DNA of 64,000 nucleotides from Eledone cirrhosa (taxonomy: Eukaryota): positions 198,648,001 to 198,712,000 of the forward strand of contig OZ024741.1 of NCBI GenBank assembly GCA_964016885.1, in the 5' to 3' direction. Under the pieces are notes generated by a model that did no database searches, was not told where the DNA came from, and saw only the letters and a list, made by a program, of their open reading frames with translations. Shown here piece by piece: positions 26,401-40,300 of the stretch. Within the stretch, counting starts at the first letter, position 1. Every line of letters begins with the position of its first letter. The position numbers and the translations under genes are program-made.

Positions 26401-29172
26401 ATGATAACTATGAAAGCAGAAGACCTAGGAAAGCTTGGGATGAAGTGATAAAAGCTGATCTTGCTGAATTAAACCTCACAAAGAAGATAACAGGATCAAG
26501 ATCTCTAGCAACATGCTGTACTGCAGGAGACCTGCCTTCCCATGTGCACAAAATGAAATGAAACAAACATGTAGAGGACACAATAGTTTGCCCCAATCTT
26601 CTCTTCATTCACTCTCCCCAGTTTTAATATCCCACTCTTACCAACTAAATATCTCAAACTTGCTTACATGTCCCCCCTCCAAACTCTCACCCTGATACAC
26701 TTTGCCTGCCCAACCCATGCATACAAGCATGAAAGCTGAACACACTACATATGATCTCCCACAATGCTGTTGCCACAACAAAAAACATTAAGACGACCCT
26801 GTATGCTGATCTGGTGCTACAACAAAAGCACCCAGTTCATTCTGTAAGGTGGTTGTTCTAATGACATGACAAAAAGCATGTTAAGTGGTCCTTTTGGTGC
26901 CACAATAAAAAGTATCCTGTCTACAATGTAACATGGTTGGTGTTAAGAAAGGCATAGAAGCCAAGCCAAAATATAGATCTGTATGAGCAAGATGTGGTCT
27001 CCAGACCTGATTTATCTCTAAACATGACAATCCATCTAACTCTTGCAAGCATGGAAAATAGACGTTAAATGATGATGATGTTACATTTTAGGCTATAAAG
27101 AGAGCATTACATCGCCAAACTAAATACCTTAGTATTTCTCTCTGAAGTTGACCTTTCCTTTCATTGTGGTCAAGTACCAATATACAAAACCAACTGAACA
27201 GTAGATATACTACATGCCCAGACTATCATACCACATCCAATATGATTAACCCTTTCATTAATATATTTCTAATGAAATACACTGTATTTGAAATAGTTAA
27301 TGAAGAATTTAGTGGGATTTACTGAAGTTAATTATTTCATTACTAAGATGGTATTTATAAACTTAACTTAGCAAAAGGAAAATTATGTTGAAAGGTTTTC
27401 TCTTCTTTGTCCACTTGTCCCTGGGTGGGTTGTGGAATAAGTGAAAGGTTTTTAATTAAATTGAAACCCTTAAAAATGGATGGTTTTGTTTTGTAAAAGT
27501 AGAGGTAGTTTTGTGCAGGTTTACCCATTGTATGCTGAAATGTGCAATATGGTTCATAATACCTAATTTGAAGCATAGTGCATCTATTTAGTTGCCTGAA
27601 CCACTTTAAAACCATGTGCCTGCTTGATCAGAACTCCACTGATATATAGTTAACCCTTTGGTTACCATATTTCTAATAAATAATGTGCTTCAAATAATTT
27701 TGAAAAATAATCAAAAATTTTGAGTGATTTTGTAATTTATTAATATATCCAAAATTCTCATAATTTAGCTGGTGTTTGGAACTTAAGAAAGGTACCTACA
27801 TACAATTATGATGGAATGTTATTAGATATAAGTATGGTAAAGATAAGAATGATATTTTAATAATTTATTTCTATGATATAATTACATAAATGTTCACCAT
27901 ATATGTACAAACCCATGCTAGCGTGGAAGATAGATTAAACGATGATGATGATAATGATGATGACACAGGATTAACTTTTTAGATATAATTATTTACAGGG
28001 GAAAAATGTAGGGTTAGAAGCTAGGACTTTTGATTGGAAAGCAAACAGGTTTGTAGCCACATGACAGATACAGGAAATGCATTGTTTGTGTGTGTAAATT
28101 TTAAAGAGTTACAGATGGACATATGTATAAAAATACTAACGTATTGTATTATTATGGTTCTTTTGTTTTTTTGGCTTTACTAAATATATCTGATAAAAAA
28201 AATATTTATTTCAAACTGTTGCCCATATATAAGTTCACCCATGTGGAATATACACACAGCTGAGTACAACGAAAAAACAACCATCTACCTGATAGGCAAA
28301 CTTTTACTAAGCAATACTTTTCAAATCTTTACCAATCATAAAGCTATGTCATCTTTGTTCCTCCTACCATACTTACAAATGCTGTCATCTGAACCTGCTG
28401 ATAGTATACCACCTCCAATAGAAAGCCTTTGTTCCACTCATCTCTCCTCCTCCAGCCACTGACTAGATTTTATACAATTTTTCCCAATTCTTCCTTTATG
28501 AAATTACACTTTTCAAGAATTTCTTCAGCCTATATTTGAACTTCAAATGCTCCAACCGAATGTTAGCAGCACTACCTTCCTATAGTTATCCCTATATCCC
28601 AGCATAGGAGAGCATAAAATGGTTATGGTCACTGTCCCCAACAATTAGAATAAACAACAAGATTTAATGAAATCGAAAGGATTAAAAAATCATAACCAGC
28701 ATTTGAACTTTGAACATTTAGATGTTAATGATTGAGTAACAGAAATAAGAAACTTGGTTTCAAGCCCAATATCTCTCAAATTCAAACACTAACATTTTAA
28801 ATATCAGTATCACTAACATTTCATGATACATAATAGAGGTGTATATTAAGGCATAAACATATATTTATGTATAATAAACATGTCTTGCTATGACTGTTTT
28901 AAGTTTCGATCATACCACATCTATCTCAGTAACTGTTTGAGAACACCAGACACTAGGCTTTTAAAGATTTTTTAATCCATCATCAGTGACATTTACTCAG
29001 ATTAGAATAAGCAACAGCTTATATAGATTTTGCATATAAAACATCTACTGGAGCAGTTCATTTGCATATAGTGCATGCTTAACTTGGCTAGGATTAATTA
29101 TCAGTAATACTAACACAGCATGATTCAAAATAGAGGTATATGAAGGTAGATACAATATAGTTATGCATAATA

Positions 29173-29985
29173 TCATCATCATCATCATCATCAGCGTTTA
29201 ACGTCCGTGTTCCACGCTTGCATGGGTTTGGACGGGGGTAGTCCCACTTGAGGCAAGAGTGATTGTCTTGCTCGCATAGGACTGTCTGGCAGGTTTTCTA
29301 CAGTTGGATGCCCTTCCTAACACCAACCACATTTACAGTGTGGGTCTGGGAGGTTTTTACCGTGTTGCCTACACGGCCACATTACAGCGTGGACTGTGTG
29401 TTTTTTTGTCGTGACACCTACACGATCTCATTTGTTTCGGCCTCGATGGCGCGGCACCAACATAACTTTACATAGAACGGGGTGGTGTGGATCGGGTGGG
29501 GGTGGTGGGACGGGGTGTATTTGTTAGGGATGCCTACTGGCTGGAGTAGGTTTTACTATATATTTAGGTAAGGCGGGTCTTCTCTGTTACTGAGTACCGC
29601 CAAAGGTCTCGGTCCAGTGACATTGTCTTGGAGAGGTGTAAGTGTGTGATGTCGGAGTTTATCAGCTCGTCCCAGGTTTTTCTAGGTCTGCCTATTCCGT
29701 GACTACCGTCTATCTTTATTGCCCTGCACTTTGTTATACAGCTATCGACTTTCATGCGCATCACGTGTCCATACCAACGTAGCCTTCTCTCGAGTAAACA
29801 ACATCTGATCCCTCTTATCTCTAATTTATTCCTTAGTTCGTTTATGCTTTGCCGTTCACGTATATTACTGTTACACATCCAGCGGAGCATGCAAGCTTCG
29901 TTCCTCTCTAGTCTGCGTATATCCTCTGCACACAATGCCCAGGTCTCACTGCCATGCAGCATTGCTGTTCGTATGCAGGCATCGT
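29173..29985 (-). mobile_element. 5'-truncated RTE/RTEX LINE with (ATG)n tail
   Basis: MLHGSETW...[12 protein letters not shown]...GRPRKTW; 3' UTR and (ATG)n tail ending near 29173. Confidence 0.9.
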
Positions 29986-30005
29986 AGTATTATGTATAAT
30001 ATGTA

Positions 30006-30740
30006 TAAAGGCAGACTGTATGATGCGTGTATACGAACAGCAATGTTACATGGTAGTGAGACCTGGGCACTGAAGGTGGAAGACTTACGTAGATTAGAAA
30101 GAAACGAAGCCTGCATGCTCCGATGGATGTGTAATAGTAATATACGCGAACGAGAAAGCATAAATGAATTGAGAGAGAGACTGAGCATAAGAGGAATCAA
30201 ATACTGTGTGCAGGAGAGGCGGTTGCGTTGGTATGGACATGTGATGCGTATGAAAGATGACAGCTGCATAAAAAGGTGCAGAGCACTAGAAGTCAATGGA
30301 AACCGCGGAGTGGGGAGACCCAAGAAGACCAGGGATGAGGTGATAAAAGCCGACCTTACCCAATTACACCTCTCAAAGGCGTCACGCAGTAATACAGAGT
30401 ACCCGACCTCCCATGGGTACAAGCTGAAGCATATAGACAATATGCCCCCACACCCTTCCACTGCAAGGTGATCGTGGAGGTGCCACGGCAAAAAAGCACC
30501 CAGCCCACACTGTAAAGTGGACGTGTAGGCGCCACGGAAAAAGCACCCAGCACTCACTGTAAATGAGGTTGGTGTTAGGAAGGGCATCCAGCTGTAGAAA
30601 TCTAGCCAAAATCAGTTCTTGTATGAGCAAGGCATGGCCAGCCGACCAGACACTGCCCACAACAGGACAACCCGTCTAACCCATGCTAGCATGGAAGAAC
30701 GGATGTAAAACGGTGATGATGATGATGATGATGATGATAA
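30006..30740 (+). mobile_element. 5'-truncated RTE/RTEX LINE, head-to-head with the previous copy
   Basis: [20 protein letters not shown]...GRPKKT; (GAT)n tail at 30714-30738. Confidence 0.9.
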
Positions 30741-30866
30741 TAAACTTACATACCTATGCCTTGTTATGAATGTTTTAAGACTTGATCATGTCCCAGCTAT
30801 CTCAGTAGCTGTGTGAGGATGCCAGACACTAGTGTTTCAGGATATTTTAATCCATCATTCATGACA

Positions 30867-30872
30867 TTTATT
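30867..30872 (-). promoter_or_regulatory. Candidate PRORP poly(A) signal AATAAA
   Basis: tttatt on the + strand about 340 nt past the stop codon. Confidence 0.4.
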
Positions 30873-31211
30873 CACTTGATATTGTAGCAAGAATAAGCTA
30901 TAACTTATATACTTTTTGAGTATAAAACATCTGCTGGAGATGCTCAGTTGCATGTAGAGCATGCTTTATGATAAAAGGTATATGAGATATGTTTATGAAT
31001 AATAAAGTAAAGATATATAAGTCTCATTTTCAATGCTTATTATACAAACGTATTGTATATTCCTTCATATACACCTCTACTATTAACATTTTATGGCATC
31101 ATCTTTTTGGAAAATAAGTTCTAAGTCAAGCTTGTATTATATTGAGTTATATTGCTGCCCAGTTTTCAAATTATACCAACAACAAGTATCCAAGAAAATT
31201 AAAAACAATTT

Positions 31212-31373
31212 TTAATACAATTTTTTTCTTCTTTGTAAATTCAAATCAGGTTTTTGATAAAGACACAACCATGTATTAGTATCTTGCCAAGACACCTTTT
31301 CTTCTCCATTATCAAAAGGAATATGCCATCCATGCTTGCACTTTTGGGTACGTACATCTTCCTTGCGTGGCCA
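31212..31373 (-). CDS. PRORP: PRORP last coding exon (WHIPFD...WLCLYQK...KKLY*)
   Basis: ttttcag acceptor, 54 codons ending TAA; His and Cys Zn ligands. Confidence 0.92.
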   Translation of the reverse strand, partial: WPRKEDVRTQKCKHGWHIPFDNGEEKVSWQDTNTWLCLYQKPDLNLQRRKKLY

Positions 31374-34300
31374 CTGAAAAATTAACACAAATTAAAAAAT
31401 AAATGTATTTAAGATTTCATGGAAATATGATATAGAACATTCTGAAAAGTGGTTGTTGATATGAAGAGCATCTAGTTGTAGAAAACTGGCCAAACAAAGA
31501 GTTGGTAGTCTACATGATAAACACCTTCAGTATATTCTATAAAGTGGTTGGTGATAAGAAGGGCATCCAGCCATAGAAAACTTGCCAAACAAAGGGCCAG
31601 GAGGACTTTCAGCTATGTCATAGACATAACATCCCTAGTATTGGTGATATATGAGATAAATGATCGCCCAGCACACTCTGTAAAGATAGGAATGGCATCC
31701 AGCCATTAAAAAACCTGCCAAAGACATGACAGCTTCCCTAGTGTTGCCACAATAAAATGTACTTAGTAGAGCATGGGATTATATATCAAGCCTCTGGCGT
31801 ACCTGGAGGTCACTGAGTGATCTGTGACAACATGTCCAATCCTTGCTAGGAGGGAAACAGATGTAAAAGGATGATGATGATAAAACATTATGGAAAATAA
31901 AAACTAAAGAGAACTATTAAGGTTTCATCAACTAATTCGAATAGATCTCCATTGGTTTTGACAATAAGTGTTCCAGCTGTTTGATCAATGGAGCAGCCTG
32001 CTCATGAAATTAATGTGTAAGTGGCTGAGCAATCTTTGGGGAGATCCAGCAAAACAATTTGTCACAAAACTGACCTTTTGAATTACAAGTACAGTCCATC
32101 TGATGGGCTTCCAAAATTTCACTCACAAGGCATGGGTCAATCCGAGGCTATGGTAAATGACATTTGCCCATGATCTCACACAATAAGATCAAAGCAGGGC
32201 CTAATGATTATTAATCAAACTTCTTAACCATTAGGCTACGCTATGTCCATCAACAACTAATTATTAATGACATATCAATCATTAATTCATAGCAATTTCT
32301 TGCAAATAAAAGAAACAGTATAAAAGTAAAATAACTAATTTTACATAGTAGATATTTTACATAGTAGAAAAACAAACAGTTATTTTATCTATTTTTCAGT
32401 GAAATAATTGTTTCTACTTTTTGGCACAAGGCCAGCAATTATTCCAGTGCATTACTGGTACTTTATTTTATCGACCCCGTAAGGATGAAAGGCAAAGTTA
32501 ACCTCGGCGGGATTTGAATTCAGAATGACAAGGGCCGTAACTCTATGCTTCAAAGCACAGCGTCCGACCCTCTACCGATACTGCCAATCCACCGCCAAAA
32601 ATTGTTTTATCTCAATAATATAGCAAAGTTTATTCATTTGGGGCTTATGAACATTGAAAAACCATATGTATGTATGGACCTGTAACTCCTGATGGAGCCA
32701 TCATGTCATATGTGCTTTCAGGCACTTTAAACTTGACAAAACCTATCCCTTCTCCAGGTAAGAATGCAGCTGAATTCTTCCAAGAAGTGAGAAAGAAAAA
32801 AAATATAGAGACAGACTTGACACCAGTAGCGGGCAGGTGCATTTTTTTTTATCACTCTTGAAAAGAAGATAGGCAAAGTTGGCCTTGGTAAGATTTAAGC
32901 CGGAATGAATACCACAAATATTCTATCCCATGTTCTAACCTGAAAATACATTTATTAATTCTTAATATCCTCTGCTACATGAAACCATATTAGCAAGACA
33001 TTCTGGAAAAGTACAAAATAACACTATAACTAACTACATCATATAAAAATACTGAAATCTTTACTGCAAAATTTTATAACGATCTGTCCAACAGTAAAAA
33101 TATAATAAACATTTGAATTATCAAACCTGTTTTTAAATATTTTCTGCAAAATCATTAGAGGATGTTAAATCTTAAATTGATATAATGTCATTGGTGGATA
33201 GTTAACAGGATATAAAAAGGTAATTTATTAGGAAAATAATTGTAATAATAATTTTTTTTTTTACTTAGCAGGAAGCTATATTTTTGTAGAAGGGATACAT
33301 ACATAGTTGACTGAACTAATTCCAGTATCTTACTGATACATATAATAATAATAATAATGAAATTATTGTGTACAGTGCTCAGGTGCACTACAACTCATCA
33401 AAGGTGCATGTATAGTACATAGAATAATGTACAAATGTCAGGAAAATGAACAGTGTATGAGTCATGATATAATAACTCATATCATGAGTTATTATATCAT
33501 GATATGAGTTATTATATATTGTGTACAGTGCCCAGGTGCACCACAACTCATCAAAAAAGTGCATGTACAGTACATAGGGCAATGCACAAACATCAGTAAA
33601 ATGAACAGTGCACGAGTCATGATACACACATGTGTGCATGTGTATGGAAGGGGTACATCAGGTGTAGTTTTGGCGTATTTCGGGAAGCACGAGTGTCTTA
33701 AAGGATGCAGTGTCTCGGCAGCTAACAATTGACGCAGGCAGTTTGTTCCATGCTTCAGCAACTCTGAACGTGAAAAAATGTCTGCGAAAGTCATGGGAGC
33801 TGTGCTGTTTTCTTATCTTGTAGGCATGTCCACGTGTGTTAGACACATGGAGATCAAAGAGGCGCTCAGGGTTGCAGTTGGCGAGATGGTTAAAAACTTT
33901 GTGGGTATTCACCAAGTCCATTGCCAGACGTCGGAGCTTCAATGAATCCATGCCCAGGGAAGCAAGGCGTTCAGAGTATGGTAGGTGTCTGATGGAGGGT
34001 ATGCGCTTGGTGGCACGTCTCTGAACAGTTTCCAGGAGGTCAATGTTCCGAGCAAGATAGGGGTTCCAGACTGATGATGCGAATTCCAAGTGTGGTCGCA
34101 CCATAGCTGTATACAGTTTTAAATAGATGGCTGGAGAGCGGCTAACAAAGGTCTTGCTGAGTGATGCCAAGATACCCTCGGCCTTCTTGACAATCTTAGA
34201 GACATGCTTTGTCCAACGCAAATCGTTGCTGACAGTAATGCCCAGGTCACGTTCACAAGAGGACTTTTTGATGTCAGTGTTGTGGAGGGAGTATGTGGAC

Positions 34301-37300
34301 GCTGGATTTTTCCTTCCAAAATGCATGGTGGTACACTTGTCCACAGCCAGCTTCAGTTGCCAGTCTGTGATCCATTGCTGCATTGTGTCCAGGTCTGATT
34401 GTAGGAAAGAATATCTTATCAACCTTAGAGGAATGAAAGATACATTTGTGTTGGAAAATCATGTGTATATATGTGGGCCTCTGCACATACTTGTAGTTAT
34501 GCACACATATTGCGATATATATATATATGTATAATGTGTGTATGTAGGAGGTGAGTAATATTGTAGAACAATAAAACTATACATATATCAGATAAGTAGG
34601 ACTCGACAGTTGGTAGAACTGGAGTATATATAAAGAAGAAATTAAAAGATGGTTAAAAAAGTTCCATATATTTTATTATGGGCATTTCGAAAACAACAAC
34701 ATCCTGGGACAAAAATTGTGTTCCTCATCACAAGTGTTTTTAGGCCTCATATCATGTTACCTTATTTTATCTGATGAGAACACATTTCTTATCATTCTTT
34801 CTTTCTCTCACACACATTTGCAAACAATCTAATTCTTCATTACCACCAAACTTCAATAACCAAAGAATACAAACATTTTTTGGGCTCTAATGAGACGGTG
34901 TCTGAAATATCAGAAATTTCTCCTATCAGGAAACAAAAGTGTTAGAGATTATCAAGCATAACAAAAAAGAATGGATATGAAGATCATGATAAAACTCACT
35001 GGGAAGTACAATTGTGCCCCAAATCATTATTATAACTTTAATGACACTGAAGCTGGCTACACATCTTTCATAATCATTGTTGGAGGAGGCTAGTAGATAT
35101 GAATGAATACATCATTATTTTAAACTCTTCAACTAAATTTCTGTTTGTGATTATTTAAACTAAGAAAGATAAGTAAAACAACATCACCATCATCAACATT
35201 GTTTAAAGTCTATTTCTGTGCTTACATAGGTTAGATGTGCTGTCACATTCTGAGGCGAAATTGGTCATGCTCCTACACTCCATTTTTGGCTTGGCTTCTA
35301 CAGCTGGATGCTCTTCTTAACACCAACCACTTTACAGTTACAGTGTGTACAGGGAGCATTTTATCATGACTCTGGCACTATCAGCATACAGGGTGCATAT
35401 ACATATATTCCACCCAGTTGTTCTTCGATCCACTGCAGGAAGAAGTTTATGTTGGTTGTTTTGTTCTTTCTGTTCACATATATTATAAAATTTTCCTCAC
35501 ACACAAAAATCCCTAGTTACAGTTCTGACCTCTATTAAGCTTGTTTCTAATCCCAATGATGCAAAAAGGACCAGAAAATCCCAGATAATGTAATAAATAC
35601 TGTATGTTACTACTACAGAATCATCATTTCATTCATTTCATTTTACGTCCGCTTTTCCCTGCTTGCAAGGGTGGGACGGGAACTGATTCTGGCTTGATTT
35701 CTACAGCTGGATGCCCTTCCTAACACCAACCTCATGTACAGTGAGTGCTGGGTGCTTTTTTGCCGTGGCACCTCCACGACCACTTTGCAGTGGAATGATA
35801 GGGACCCCAGTCCTTATCATCTCATTTCTACAGCTGAGTAAACTGGAGCAATGTGAAATAAAGTGTCTTGCTCAAGGAAACAACACATCGCCCGGTCTGA
35901 GAATTGAACTCGCAACCTTTCGATTGCAAGCCCAATGCTCTAACCACTAAGCCATGTAAATATTTCTGTGGGGGATATAGGTGGTAGTTGGCCAGAAGTA
36001 TGAGGAACAGTGACATCACATGAGTGGAAGGGGACTAGCAGAGAGCCTTACTGGAAGTATGGGGAGCAGTGACATCACATGAGCAGAAAGCAACTAGCAG
36101 AGGGCTTCTTTCTTTCTGATCAGTGTCTGGGAGGTAGAATTTATGGATTTATGCCACGAGATAAGAGCGATGTCTAGGGCATGAAGGGCAAGATAAGCAA
36201 ATTTACTTTTCCATTTACAGTTTCATGTCTAGCAGAGGGCTTGCCAAACAAAGTTGTCACTCGCTATGCCAGACTAAAGAGTCCTCTCAAAAATATATGT
36301 CAAGTTAATAAAATGACATTTACAATGATTTAAATATCAACAAGCCTAATTTCTCACTTGTTCAAAAGATGAAATGGACAAGGCCATTACTCATAAACAC
36401 CACTGCTGCTGGAATATTTTTTAAGTTGTAATATTGCAATACAATATGATTGTAAGTACTTGAAGTATATTTCATTATATTATCAGCTCTAGAAGAATAA
36501 AGAGTAAAGTTAGTTTAAATCTGAACTATAATAAAATACTGAAGACAAATTTAGATAATTTCTCCACTGCATTCTCTACTGTATTAAAAATTTATACATT
36601 TTAAATAACTTTAAATTCAATTTCTGTCTATGTTACATATCACCCAAAACCATGTTTGAAGTTGATATTCACTACTGAAATGTTATAAAGTATCATACCT
36701 GAAACATAGTATGACCATTATGTTTCACTTTCTGAAACTGCACTTGGTGACTGTACTGCCATCTACGAAAGATCTCACCATACTCTTCTCCCAAAGAAAA
36801 CTTATGGTCTCGCATTTCATCAGATGAAACAAATACTGCCTTTGGTCCGCTGTAGAGTGTAGCATAAAGAAGATACGGATCATCCTCAGATCTGAAAAAA
36901 AAAGTAGGTTAAAAATATAGTTTTCCCTTTACTTATCTTTCTTTATACACTCTTTCATTTCTATGATAGTTTAATGAAAATTGATAAGTAGTAGATGATA
37001 ATTCAGTTTGATCAACTGTAGACTGACACCTCTAAAAAATACATAGGCAGGGAGGATATTCTCTAGAAGACTGTTGTTTTGGGGCAGTAACTGGCCCATC
37101 ACCAGGCTTTGGTGTTTAGGGGCTTCAGAACATTCTGTGTGGATATCATGTTCCCTTCGTATTTTCTTCTCCTATCAGCATTATCCTCTATTTTCCTACC
37201 CTCCCACCCACACACACCACAATAGTCACCTAGATCAATCAAAACACAACAGCGCAAATATCATGTAACTGTTAACTGAATATTTATCACAATAACTACT

Positions 37301-40300
37301 ACTACTTCTACTACAGTTGTTATGGGCCTGATTGCTGTTCTGTATGGCAAATGGAATACAAAGCTGGACCATTCCTAAAGATAAATATGAACCCACCATC
37401 TGTATCTGGACGACAACGCAAACACTCTTCTCTATTTCAGACATTGAAAACCAACACCAATCCATCTTCCTCTCCCTCTTCCAGTGAAATTCATAACTTC
37501 AGAGCTGGCACCATTAACATAGGCATGATGAAAGGGAGATCAAGAGAGATTGTAGAGATTCTTGAATGAAAGAAAATTGATGTGTGCTATTGCAAGAGAC
37601 TAGATGGAGGGGAATGTCAGCTAGATTCCTTGTGGACAAAAAACGATGCTACAAATTTTTCTGGATGGGAAATGACAATGAGCTTGGGGAAGTAGGGATT
37701 TTGGTAGCAGAAAAGTGGGCAGACAAGGTAATTATTGTAAATAGAGTAAATGAGCTTGGGGAAGTAGGGATTTTGGTAGCAGAAAAGTGGGCAGACAAGG
37801 TAATTATTGTAAATAGAGTAAATGACAGAATCATCAAACTTAGACTAGTACTAAATAGAACAACTGTAACAATTATATTTGCATATGCACCTTAATCAGG
37901 ACTGAAGATGAACAGCTTCTACGAATCACTAATGCACACAACTTCCCAAATAAGTGAAAGTGACTTCATAATCATTGCTGTTGATTTTAATGGGCATGTT
38001 GGGCGATACTATGATGGCTTTGAAGGGATCGAATGAGGTTATGAATTTGGTGCTAGAAATAAGGAAGGTTCCAGGCTTCTTGATTTCTGCAATGCCAATG
38101 GTCTATCTGTAACACAAACTTCAAAAAACCAGACAATCACTTGATCATCTATAGATCAGGTGAGCATGCCATCCAGATAGACTTTATCCTTACCAAAAGA
38201 CACGATAGAGTGACAGTTATAAACACAAAGTCCCTCCCTGGTGAAGAATGCCCCTTCCAACATAATCTATTAGTTAGTGACCTTATAGTTAGTGCTAGAT
38301 GAACTCAATGGCAGAGGACAACCTGGAGGAGAAGAATATAGAAGTTAAAGGACTCACTGTAACAAATTTAGAGGTATGTTGCTTGACGTTTTTGACAGTA
38401 AGGAAGAACAAATAGAGTCATACAATATAGAGGAGCAGTGGGAGTTCCTTAACTCTTTAGAATTTAAACCGGCTGTATCATCATCATCATCATCATCGTT
38501 TAACGTCCATCTTCCACGCTTGCATGGGTTTGGACGGGAGTTTTCCCACTTGAGGCAAGAATGGTTGTCTTGCTCGCATAGGACTGTCTGGCGGGTTTTC
38601 TACGGCTGGATGCCCTTCCTAACACCAACCACGTTTACAGTGTGGACTGGGAGGTTTTTAGCGTGTTACCTACACGGCCACATTACAGCGTGGACTGTGT
38701 GTATTTTTGTTGTGACACCTACACGGCCACATTACAGCATGGACTGTGTGTTTTTTTGTCGTGACACCTACACGGCCACATTACAGCGTGGACTGTGTGT
38801 TTTTTTGTCGTGACACCTACACAACCTCATTTGTTTCAGACTGGATGTTGTGGTACCAACATAACTTTACATTGAAAGGGGTGGTGTGGATGGGGTGGAG
38901 GTAGTGGGACGGGGGTGTATTTTTGTTAGAGGTGCCTACTGACTGTAGTAGGTTTCACTTTGTACTTAGGTAAGGCGGGTCTTCTGTATTACTGTGTAGC
39001 GCCAAAGATCTCGGTCCAGTGACATTGTCTTGGAGAGGTGTAAGTGTGTGAGGTCGTCCCAGGTTTTTCTGGGTCTGCCTATTCCATGGCTACCATCTAT
39101 TTTTATTGCCCTGTACTTTTTTATACAGCTGTCGTCTTTCATGCGCATCACGTGACCATACCAACGTATCTGACCAGAATTCTCTCACCTCTTTCTATTC
39201 AAACTGGCTGTAAAATGCTACTCATACTGATGTTAAGGTATTGTTCTCAAAATAAATAACATCAAAATCTCATAGATTCGATATTATGTGAGGCAAAGCA
39301 TTTACTGCGAAACCACAATAGTATATATAGAGTAATGTAAATGCTAAAGGGTTAAAGATAATCTACTAAAGCTAACAAACGAAAGCTGTGGTTGGAGTAG
39401 GCTTCTAGGGAGAAGGATAGTGATTTAGTGATGGAACAGTAGGGTGGAGTAGACAATTAAGGCCAAAAGACAGGCATGGAAAGAATGGCAGAATGAGGGA
39501 AGAAGAGAGGACTACCATAATGCTAGGAGAGAAGCTAGGCAACAGGTATATTTTGCAAGAAGAGAAGCAGAAAATAAGAAATTTAAACGTGCTCTGCAAT
39601 ATGAGGTGTTCAGGATTGTAACGAAGTGTGTCAGGGAAAATTGTGATGTTGACAGATAGAAGTGTGTCTGAGATGAAAATGGTATGCTTGCACTCACTGA
39701 CATTGAAAAGAAGGTAGCATGGAAGTGCCACTATGAAAGACTACTGAATGAGGAGAATGCATGGGAAGAAGATAGTTTGCAACAGAGGGATCAGCTATAT
39801 GAGTCAGCAGTAGTACAGAGAGACAATCAAGGATATGAAGACAGGCAAACAGCTGGACCTTCAGGGATAGATGCTGAGATGCTGAAAGCATCTGGAATGG
39901 TGGGTCACACCTTAATCACTTGTATTGTAAACCAAGTAATACAAAATTATGTCATACCCAATGGCGTAGCATCATCGTCAACTGCTACAGGGGCAAAGGA
40001 GATGGTCTAGAAGATTCTGTACAGTCAAAGAAGGTCCTATAACTTCTTAAGACCCAAACAGCTCATGTCATCAGCAAGTTAAAAATGTAACCATTACTAA
40101 AGGTATATTTTATTTTTATTTGGTTAAACATACAGCAAAAGAAAGCAGCATTGGAAAGGACTATCAATGCCATAAATGAGAGAAAAAGGAGGGGAAGAGC
40201 AAGGACTATTAGACAAAGGAAGAAAGAAAGGGGGAAGGGGAAAGGGTGACAGATTCTACACTTAAGCCAGAGCTGTGTTGCGGCAGTGCCCCACAGACAA

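Noticed and set aside
28925-28995. C/D-box snoRNA or SECIS in the duplicated 3' UTR block (TGATGA...CTGA on the minus strand)
   Set aside because: The C box is not kept in the second copy, there is no convincing terminal stem or SECIS helix, and the PRORP CDS has no in-frame UGA.
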